Translations under genes and position numbers: made by a program
Part shown: positions 54,197-64,000 of the stretch, piece after piece
How the letters are laid out: each line of letters begins with the position of its first letter
How positions within the stretch are numbered: position 1 is the first letter of the stretch
The notes under the pieces: model-generated
Database searches by the model: none
The model's input: only the letters and a program-made list of their open reading frames with translations
Told to the model about the DNA's origin: nothing
Assembly (NCBI GenBank): GCA_020137815.1
Contig: CM035356.1
Location: forward strand, 4,526,001 to 4,590,000
Reading direction: 5' to 3'
Length of the DNA: 64,000 nt
DNA from: Hormiphora californensis
Taxonomy: Eukaryota; Animalia; Ctenophora

Positions 54197-54729
54197 TGTT
54201 CAGTGCAATGGTTCATAATATGAGTCAGATGACAGATATATCAGAAAATATTGCACTGTTCAGAACTTATATTGTTCAGCTTGTGAACGCGCCGGGTGCA
54301 ATTAATTAATTAATTAATTATTGATTGTGTGCTGTTTCACAGCCCCCCTACACAGATTGATTCTTAACGGTTTTTATTTCCAGAGTTTTACGTTTTACAT
54401 GATGATGATGAGAAATACGATATAATTATACATAATATACAATTATAATTATCACTGCGCTGGCAAAAGTGGCCTATACAATTATAGTTATACACTCAGG
54501 CCCTTATTAGTAATAATATTAGTTGATAATTCAATCGCGAGGAGCCATTATTTTCATAATTGGCCCTCATTATACTAACAGATCCTTATATGGTTGCTAT
54601 AGTTATACTACTACTAGTTACTAGTTACTAGTTACTAGTATACTAGTTACTGTTACTAAATATCATATAATTAAGTTCATCTTATTCTTAATGTGCCACA
54701 ACTTTAGCCAGCCAGTATATATATATTTA

Positions 54730-54865
54730 CAGTCGGACCCCGATTTACCGGGATGCTCATGGGAAAAGGTTTTCGCCCGGTAAATCGGGGTGCCCGGTAT
54801 ATCGGGGTGATATACCGTTAATTTCCTATTATATATCGGTGTCCCGGTAAATCGGGGTCCGACTG
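54730..54865. mobile_element. Tc1/mariner(pogo)-type MITE with TA TSD; degenerate copies near 17870-18045, 23065-23165, 31670-31897, 42790-42878
   Basis: TA|CAGTCGGACCCCGATTTACCGGGA...TCCCGGTAAATCGGGGTCCGACTG|TA. Confidence 0.88.
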
Positions 54866-55584
54866 TATATTATGAATATCAAAATAATTCAATTCTGTTT
54901 TCTTTTATTTAGTGATAAATAGAGTCAGACAAGAGATAGAGAGAGCGAGAGAAAGAAAGAGATAGTTTGATGTTATATTGTAGTGTTATATAGTTGCACT
55001 AAGTCAGTGTCACATTATTCAGCTGTTCATATGCACAATACCATGTGTATTTGTTAATATGTCATTTGTTTGAAGAAAAAAAGATATCGAGAGAGAGAGT
55101 TGTGCACACGTGATGTATTGTCAACACACAAATTGAAATTGTGAAAGTCTTAGATGCTGCTGTTTTTTTCAATAACATCTATATTATTAAGTTTGTTCAG
55201 TAGGTCCTACAAGTGAAAATGTTGTAGAAGAGGTAGAGGTATTTCTAAATTCTCTAAACCAACGTTCCTTCCCCAGGCTTGGATGTTTCTCCAATTTGGG
55301 TGGGGCATGAATATTAAAATGAATTATAATTTATTTGAATTAAGGCTCTATTATTAGAACCCAATATCCCTCTCTCCACCGTGATCTCAATTCAGTTGAT
55401 TCGGAGAGGGATCTTGGATATGTCAGTGTTCTAATAATTTCTCTCTCTGTGTGCTCAGGGGAATGAGATCCAGATGATGTGTGCCGCCACGTCAGGGCCG
55501 TTATGATGTGTTAATCAGAATTTAATTTTTAGTTTCCTAAAAGTTTAAATTTGCAAATTAATAGCTCGAGTGCGTTCTAATGAC

Positions 55585-55693
55585 CAGGAACCGACCGAAT
55601 CAGGAAATACTGGTCCCTGATTGGCTGATAACCAGTCACGTGACCTGAATAACGAGTTATGATTGGTTGTTTACTTGTTTCGGTCGGTTCCTG
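55585..55693. mobile_element. 109-bp hAT-type MITE with 8-bp TSD; second copy about 21560-21660
   Basis: TIRs CAGGAACCGACCGAA...TTCGGTCGGTTCCTG; CTAATGAC at 55577-55584 and 55694-55701. Confidence 0.88.
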
Positions 55694-55965
55694 CTAATGA
55701 CTCTTGTATAAAAAGTGTTGATAAATTACTGTCCCAGTTCGATTGGAAAAATCAACGAGTTTTTATTGTTATCTTAACTGTCTGGCGCTGCCATAACCCC
55801 ATTTTGATTATCAGTGCGCTCACTCTCACATCAGATCGGTTCGGCACCGCCAGACAGGTTCTGAAGTTCTCAAAGGAGGAACACTACGGTATTAGGGGCG
55901 GGCGGCGGCTGTCAGCCGTCAGGCAAATGCTCTGACCGCAGTTTCCGAGACAAACCGACGTACGA

Positions 55966-57178
55966 CAGACAGAACTCTACAACAACAGGCAGAGCTCTAC
56001 AACAACAGACAGAGCTCTACAACAACAGACAGAGCTCTACAACAACAGACAGAGCTCTACAACAACAGACAGAGCTCTACAACAACAGACAGAACTCTAC
56101 AACAACAGACAGAGCTCTACAACAACAGACAGAGCTCTACAACAACAGACAGAGCTCTACAACAACAGACAGAGCTTTACAACAACAGACAGAGCTTTAC
56201 AACAACAGAGAGAGCTCTACAACAACAGACAGAGCTCTACAACAACAGGCAGAGCTCTACAACAACAGACAGAGCTCTACAACAACAGACAGAGCTCTAC
56301 AACAACAGACAGAGCTCTACAACAACAGACAGAGCTCTAAAACAACAGACAGAGTTCTACAACAACAGACAGAGCTCTACAACAACAGACAGAGCTCTAC
56401 AACAACAGACAGAGCTCTACAACAACAGACAGAGCTCTACAACAACAGACAGAGCTCTACAACAACAGACAGAGCTCTACAACAACAGACAGAGTTCTAC
56501 AACAACAGACAGAGCTCTACAACAACAGACAGAGCTCTACAACAACAGACAGAGCTCTACAACAACAGACAGAGTTCTACAGCAACAGACAGAGCTCTAC
56601 AACAACAGACAGAGCTCTACAACAACAGAGAGAGCTCTACAACAACAGACAGAGCTCTACAACAACAGACAGAGCTCTACAACAACAGACAGAGCTCTAC
56701 AACAACAGGCAGAGCTCTACAACAACAGACAGAGCTCTACAACAACAGACAGAGCTCTACAACAACAGACAGAGCTCTACAACAACAGACAGAGCTCTAC
56801 AACAACAGACAGAGCTCTACAACAACAGACAGAGCTCTACAACAACAGACAGAGCTCTACAACAACAGACAGAGCTCTACAACAACAGACAGAGCTCTAC
56901 AACAACAGACAGAGCTCTACAACAACAGACAGAGCTCTACAACAACAGACAGAGCTCTACAACAACAGACAGAGCTCTACAACAACAGACAGAGCTCTAC
57001 AACAACAGACAGAGCTCTACAACAACAGACAGAGCTCTACAACAACAGACAGAGCTCTACAACAACAGGCAGAGCTCTACAACAACAGACAGAGCTCTAC
57101 AACAACAGACAGAGCTCTACAACAACAGACAGAGCTCTACAACAACAGGCAGAGCTCTACAACAACAGACAGAGCTCT
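55966..57178. repeat. 20-bp minisatellite, about 60 copies
   Basis: Unit AGAGCTCTACAACAACAGAC. Confidence 0.97.
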
Positions 57179-57590
57179 TTGGAATGAGAAGCAGCCCTTA
57201 CTTCCCAATGGTCTCTGATAGAGACTCCATGTCTTAAGGGGGAGACAGACCGACTTCGGTGTGTCTCCCCCTTAATTCTAAACAAACTCAAAAGGCAGTT
57301 CTTTGATCAAAAAGTAGAAAAACTTTGTTTTGTTCAAACCTTGAGGGTCGAACAAGGCAAGAAAAACTAGCAGATTCATAAGTTTCATAATAAGTTAAAT
57401 TAAGAGAACACATCTGCTTAAAAGTCCATATGGCCCCGTCCATATCGTATTTTGTTTCCCATATTATTGAACTTCGTTTTAGTGTCTCTAACTAGTGTCC
57501 CTATCTTTTTCACCGGTTACACTCTATCACGTGATACACTTCCATATATGGTCAAGAGATGACGTCATATGCCCATATAAGGAGGCATGC

Positions 57591-60500
57591 CTATCGTTTC
57601 TCCCGGTTGTACTCCTTCCAGTAGCGCCATCGCTGCCTCCTCTGCCAGAACACTTCAGTCCGCTGTCCAGTCTGGGTCTCATACGAGCACTGGTACTTTT
57701 TCTCTCTGGAGGGAGGGGGAGGTGGGTTTTAGTTTATCTCTGGGTGTTGGAGGGGGGTTCTTAGTTTTGATCTATTCTGATCAAAGTTGATGGAGTAGGG
57801 TCGGACAGGGGTGCACTAGGTACAGCTGTTATACTGCATCTGGTTTGAGATGGAACTACTAACTAGAAAGGTGGCTGTAAGAACCCATTAATTAACTTAA
57901 TTAACTAATTAATTCAATATAGACTTACTCCCGGGGCTCGAGTTTCCTGGTGACAATCTGCTTCTTCACATCAGGGTCCCTATTCTGTATCTTCCTGATG
58001 TAATACTGGGGTTTCCGATCACCGAAGAAGTACCGGAACCTTTCGTAGGTCTCCGGAACAAAGTGCTCCTGGCCCGCCTGAGGGGGAGAGAGGGAAGTGT
58101 GATATTTGAAACATTATCAGGCGTACGGCCCACAGACAAATCGACATATATACTACAGACGGGCTATCGAAGGTCTAAAGACGAGCTACAGATCTAGTAG
58201 CAGGCACACCTACCCAAGGTCTGTCGGAGAGGTATCTATCCATTCTCTTGGCCCATTTCTGATCCATCCTATGCCTCATCTTTCTCTTCCTCCAGTTCTT
58301 CTTTCTCTGTCGGTTCATTCTGGGCTTCCTACCCATGGCCCTCGACACCTGCAGAATGTCAGATGTAATGGTAATAAGGGGTGGGAGCGGATTATATTTA
58401 AATAGTCTTCTCTTTCCCATTCTCTATCCCATTCCCCAAAGTGGACAAACGAAAAGAGAAGGAGTACTTTCAGGCCGATGTTCTGACAGAAGGAGTGTAA
58501 TCATGTACCTTCCAAGATCCCCTTATTTCCAGTGCCCGTGTTGTCTGTTTGATGCGTCCGATTGTAGCTACACAGTCACTTTCTATCCACTGGGAAACAC
58601 CTGAAGTGAGATCTCACTCTAGCTCTCTTTAGTAACAGCAACGATCTCACTCTAACTCTCTTTAGTAAAAGTAACGATCTCACTCTTGCTCTGTTTAGTA
58701 AAAGTAACGATCTCACTCTTGCTCTCTTTAGTAAAAGTAACGATCTCACTCTTGCTCTCTTTAGTAAAAGTAACGATCTCACTCTTGCTCTCTTTGGTAA
58801 AAGTAACGATCTCACTCTTGCTCTCTTTGGTAAAAGTAACGATCTCACTTTTGCTCTCTTTGGTAAAAGTAACAGTCTAACTCTAGCTCTCTTTAGTAAA
58901 AGTAACGATCTCACTCTTGCTCTCTTTAGCAAAAGTAATGATCTCACTCTTGCTCTCTCTAGTAAAAGTAACGATCTCACTCTTGCTCTCTCTAGTAAAA
59001 GTAACGATCTCACTCCATGTAATACCTGAAGGATACTTGACGAGTGTTTTATCGCGTGCTGCCGTGTGTTGGAGCACCTCACAGGAGCTCCCTGCAGCCA
59101 TACAGAACCTAGATCCACTGTCAGGCCATTGCTCCACTGCGTGGATCTTGATACCTAGATAGGATGACGTCATTGTGATAGGATGACGTCATTATCATAG
59201 CTTAACAAAGTGATAGGATGACGTCATTATCATAGCTTAACAAAGTGATAGGATGACGTCATTATATCATAGCTTAACAAAGTGATTACGTCATAGGATG
59301 TAGATAGTTCAATATTGTGTTTGTTGGACAAATGAAGAAGGTATTGTTCGTAACATTAAACAACATATATGGGGTGTTCGACACAAAAAAGAGGGTGGTC
59401 GATGTACATGGTTCCTGGATCAATCGTCAAGACAAGAACCACACGTGAAAACCACCGGAATTGTAAGAGACAACATCAACATACCAATAGGTAGAAGTGT
59501 GGAGCACTAGGAATTGTCCCCCCCCCCCCGAAACATCACACATACCAATAGGTAGGAGTCTGAGAGGGTAGGCAGATCCCGGTGTGAGACTTCCCAGCTG
59601 TGTCCAGCAGCACTCAACTATATCCCCAACCTTTAAACCTTCAGGCTGAATTATATACCTGGACATAGGGGGACGGTAGCACATATTATATCTTGTAATC
59701 TTCATGAACAAGACATTACCAGCTGTTAATTAGAAATAAATAAAATCCACGAAACCATCCAAACTCACTGTTTGCCTAGCTCGACCCCCTTTTCCCGAGG
59801 TCCGAATAATAAATAAAATGGGTTTGAACAAATCAACTCACTGTATGGTTGGTCCAGCGATAAGGGCCAAATCGTAATTCCTGACTTCACATTGTTGTAT
59901 TTGTAGCACCCTGTACTTGACAATACTTCCCGCTCTAGCTTCGGGCTGAACAAAGAGTGATAGTGTTACTTTAACTAGGGGAGAGAGAGTGAGATTGTTA
60001 CTTTAACTAGGGGAGAGCAAGAGTGAGATTGTTACTTTAACTAGGGGAGAAAGACTGAGATTGTTACTTTAACTAGGGAGAGCAAGAGTAAGTCGTGAGA
60101 TTCAAGCTGAGAAGATTAGTGCAAGATTATAATTGTACTCTGATTAATTCATTTGATTACCACCCGGATAGAAACAGCCCTTGAGAGTTTAACTCACAGT
60201 AATACGGTGTGTCATGACCTCTCTGAATTGTCTATCAGCCCCTCCACCCCTGCACATAAACTTCTTGCGACCTGTCTCCGGGTCTCTACCTCCTGTAGTA
60301 CGTAACTTGTGCTGGGGACCTGGGAAGAGATGGAGAGTGAGATTGTTACTTTAACTAGGGAGAGCGAGGAAGAGGTGGAGCTGAGTTTTGGAAAGAAATT
60401 GAAAACATAAAGTCGAACTAATAGCTTCACACACTAAGAATTAAGTTGATATGTTCAATGAAGTTGAAATTTTTGAATACTCAATTTTAAAGTCTTGCAC

Positions 60501-61462
60501 ATGTATTGGGATGTTCTATGAACTAATTTCCGTGTTTTGAAATTTTAAAATTTTAAAATTTTTTTCCGATTTTTCACCAAAAACAAGGGTCACAAAAGTG
60601 GCTTGCGATCCTTAGTGGCTCAACCGTTTGGGCTGAAACTCCGGATATCAGTAGATAATTACCCAATCAATAACAGGAAATATGATTCATAGCGATATTT
60701 GACTATAAAGACCCAATTTTATACTATACAACCGTATGTGCACGAATACAACCCATGCGCACTGCAATAAACAGCAAAAACAAGGGTCACAAAAGTGGCT
60801 TGCGATCCTTAGTGGCTCAACCGTTTGGGCTGAAACTCCGGATATCAGTAGATAATTACCCAATGAATAACAGGAAATATGATTCATGGCGATTCATTCC
60901 GACTGTAGCTTGTTGGGTGTGCTACTTCATTATTGAAGCAGACTTGAAACTTACCAAATGTCATCAGACTGTAGTTCGGTCCCGTGTTGTGGCCATGTTT
61001 AATTTCTCGTTAAACTGAACCACCGGGATAGAAACAAACCTTTAGAGTTTATCACTTACCGAATATCATCCTAGTTCGGTCTCGTGTCGTGGCCATGTTA
61101 GGGTCCAGTTTTATGGGACATGGCGGGGTCGGGCCTGGCTGGGGAGCGGGTACGTACCAGGCGGGTCCACCCCTCCATGCATGCTCTCCACGGGGGATGT
61201 GATGTACCGCTGGGGAGGGGGGGGGGGGGGTTACTATAGTAGGGGGTATCATATCAGTATAGCATACCAGTATCATACCGCTGGGAGGGGAGTGAGGGGG
61301 TATCATACCAGTATAGTATTTTACTGTCTGGTGGGTAGCGGACCCGAGAGTTAAGAGAGACTGATCAAGAGAGATCCTGCAACACATACCTCGGGTGTTT
61401 AGTAGAACAGTGGACCGGAGGGTGAGATGCCCCAAAAGGGAAGATAACCTGCTAACTGACAT
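57591..61462 (-). CDS. MRPL2: Mitochondrial ribosomal protein uL2m, 10 exons
   Basis: Exons 61462-61390, 61209-61060, 60319-60198, 59945-59842, 59658-59546, 59154-59026, 58600-58509, 58348-58214, 58077-57929, 57705-57591, all GT-AG and in phase. N-terminal R/S/L-rich presequence; TGGRDPETGRK..RGGG; RNYDLALIAG; YIIQPEGLKVGD; GSAYPLRLLPIG; AAGSS..V; VKYPSG; CVATIGR. Confidence 0.88.
58607..59015. repeat. 33-bp intronic satellite; same family inverted at about 59960-60090, 60333-60365, 62146-62340, with a fragment near 49997
   Basis: CTCACTCTTGCTCTCTTTAGTAAAAGTAACGAT matches the reverse complement of GAGTGAGATTGTTACTTTAACTAGGGGAGAGCAA. Confidence 0.88.
60580..60893. repeat. Near-identical direct duplication of about 115 bp in MRPL2 intron 2
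   Basis: AAAACAAGGGTCACAAAAGTGGCTTGCG...GGAAATATGATTCAT at about 60580 and 60777. Confidence 0.85.
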
Positions 61463-62060
61463 GTGTGACGTCACATCAGCTGGTCATAGTGCTACAGGAC
61501 AGGATGTGTGTGTTATAATCATATCATGTACATAATAATATGTAGGTTTGTTATTTTCAGCCCATTTTATTATATATTTTATTATGTAGGTTTTTTTGGC
61601 CGCGGGGAGAGAGGGTCGAACAAGGCAAATAAGGATAATATTTTGAGCCATCAAACAAACAAAAACTTCAAAAAAGATAAAATTCAGATGGTTAAAAAGC
61701 AGCAGTAAAACTAAATTGGGCTCTCTCTCTCTCTCTCTCGGTCCACAACACGCACCACTCCCACATGGGGCCGTAAGGTCCCATGTGGAAACAGGGTTAA
61801 ATCCCCCGAGCCCGGATCCTGTTGGATCTGAGCCGGATCCTGTTGGATCTGAGCCGGATCCTGTCTCTCTCTCTCTCTCGGTCTCTCAATCCCTCTCAAT
61901 CTCTCTCTCGAGAATCTCTTCTCATCGGTCTTCTCATCTTCTCATCTCATCTTCCTCTCATCTCCCTCTCTAACGTCGAACCATCCTCTCTTCGAGCTTC
62001 ACTCTCTCTCGATCGTCTACTCATCCTCAGATCATCTCAATCGCTCTCTCTCTCTCTCTC

Positions 62061-62489
62061 TCAGAGTGTCTGATGCTGTGAGTGTTCATAACTCTCCTGA
62101 GCAATGTGTTCCATAACCTCCGACTTTAACAGCTCCTTTACCTGCAGTGAGATTGTTACTTTAACTAGGGAGAGCAAGAGTGAGATTGCTACTTTAACTA
62201 GGAGAGCAAGAGTGAGATTGTTACTTTAACTAGGGAGAGAGCAAAAGTGAGATTGTTACTTTAACTAGGGAGAGAGCAAAAGTGAGATTGTTACTTTAAC
62301 TAGGGAGAGAGCAAAAGTGAGATTGTTACTTTAACTAGGAGAACAAACCTTGTATTTCAGGGAGATATCGTATCCGGTAAGTATGATGGTATCAAACAGC
62401 TGTACTCCATATGCTATTAGTGCTTTAATAACGTTTACAAGCCGTGCTATTGTCTCACGTAGCGTCATTGATACCACTTCAATCTGAAT

Positions 62490-62566
<77 letters not shown>

Positions 62567-62941
62567 GAAGTGAGAGCGAGCTGTTCATTATTACTGTGAG
62601 TTACACAGATTGCACTGTCTTTCGTAGGTTATTTGTGTGTTAAGTCTGTCTGTCTGTCTGTCTTCTGTCCCTGTCTGTGTGATCTGTCTTCTGTCTTTCT
62701 GCCTGGTCTGTCTTCTGTCTGTCGTCTGTCTGACTGTTTGTACTGTCTGTCTGTCTAGTCTGTCCTGTCCTGTCCCTGTCTGTTATATCTGTCTGTCTGT
62801 CTGTCTCACCGGTTGATCAGGTATAAAGTGTGGTCCGACCCATACGAAACCATTGCTGCCCAATATCACTGTAGCGTTACAGGCAGAACGGTGGAAAGTT
62901 GAACTCCTTACTTTCGTTATTGATATTACACAACTTGGTAC
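62061..62941 (-). CDS. EXOSC2: Exosome component RRP4, last three exons; upstream exons lie in degraded sequence or off the window
   Basis: Exons 62941-62810 (FHRSACNATVILGSNGFVWVG, KH-like GxNG), 62483-62349 (VSMTLRETIARLVNVIKAL...LFDTIIL) and 62141-62061 (VKELLKSEVMEHIA...*) match the RRP4 C-terminus. Confidence 0.85.
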
Positions 62942-64000
62942 CTTGGGTAGAGAATAGTTTATTATGTGGAGATAGTTATTTTTTGAATGGATTTGGGCGG
63001 GGGGGGACAAGTTATCAATACATGTAGTTAAGGTGCTGAATGGCAAAATTTCACACTCGACTGGGGAAACCATCAAAATGGTACGAGCCAATTTCTTCAC
63101 AATGTGTCCAAAGATGGTCCCCAAACAACGACCAAAAACAGTTTTGTCCGTCTACGGTGGTGAGGGCATAGGGCCTATTTCCGATTTTATATGCGATGCG
63201 GACAAGTCTGTGAGGGGGGAATAACAAATCTTAAAGAAAGTTTGGCGGTTTTGGTCCCTGAAAAAAGGATCTACTCCGTGACCGTGGAACCCATCGTGTT
63301 AAGTAAAGAAAAAAGGGAAGGTAGAGCATGTCAAATAATTATCATTAACCCAATTCGCTAATGAAGATGAAAAAAACTAAAAACACATAACTTAGTCTAG
63401 CATAATTCTCGCAACTCCTCGAATCAAAACAATGTAATGGGGGAGTTGTAATATTGTACCCGGAAATGACTCACGCCCCGACCGGAAACCCCGCGTGTTA
63501 GATGGGGTGGGTGTAGAGCATGTGCACAAATTACCCTCAAAAAAAAAAAGAAGACCATACTGCTGAAAGAGAAATCAATTACATAATTGGGAAGGAAGGC
63601 AAAGAAAAAAAGAGATATTTAGTACGTCGACCACTGGCGGTTCTCGAAAATCGGTATCAATTGGAATTTTTTGGACCCGAGCAAAATGAGGCGAGTACCT
63701 GATACGCCTCAGATACCCTACTAAATATCTCCTCGTAAAGAACCCTCCCAGTGTATACCCCTCTTCACCCTCCACAGGATAACCCCTGCAAAAGCAGTGC
63801 TAAACGTAACCCAGAAAGGGAAATAACTACACCTGCGTGACCAACTACTGGGATAAAAAAAGATCTCCTCATGAGAATACCTCCGCAGTTACCCTCTGAC
63901 ACCTGCGCAAAAAGGTGAACCTCTGACGCCTGGGGAAACCCAAGATAGCCCGTGTGGTATACCAGGGCAACAACTTAATAGGCACCCCAAGGGGGGACCG

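Noticed and set aside
60198-60319. Apparent frameshift in MRPL2 exon 3
   Set aside because: Careful reading gives TGC AGG GGT GGA GGG GCT GAT AGA (CRGGGADR) in frame; the ORF track shows a different frame.
63575-63960. Upstream EXOSC2 exons (weak resemblance to RGF..EGD...EVQ near 63700-63770)
   Set aside because: The sequence is too degraded to define a frame or splice sites.

Overview
Eukaryotic (animal) genomic DNA: compact spliced genes with GT-AG introns, many (AG)n/(TTTG)n microsatellites, minisatellites and small inverted-repeat transposons. A ctenophore-like invertebrate is only a guess from style. Genes read by hand: the 5' half of RECQL/RecQ1 (-, continues off the left edge), an intronless phosphorylase kinase alpha/beta-family gene (-), an ELM2-SANT-C2H2 gene of the TRERF1/ZNF541/MIDEAS family (+, 8 exons), mitochondrial ribosomal protein L2 (-, 10 exons, long basic C-terminal extension) and the 3' exons of EXOSC2/RRP4 (-). 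A tentative unknown + strand gene lies at about 6.5-22 kb. A near full-length L2/CR1-group LINE (about 6.7-13.2 kb) has its ORF2 split by a 1.34-kb palindromic CAC...GTG element with a 4-bp TSD, and its ORF1/ORF2 junction carries an A_AAA_AAC -1 slippery site. The most striking cross-window pattern is that tandem duplications and minisatellites repeatedly contain or abut splice sites, creating arrays of decoy donors and acceptors. Much of 17.8-42.7 kb and 63-64 kb is homopolymer-inflated and looks like low-quality consensus, so fine detail there is unreliable.
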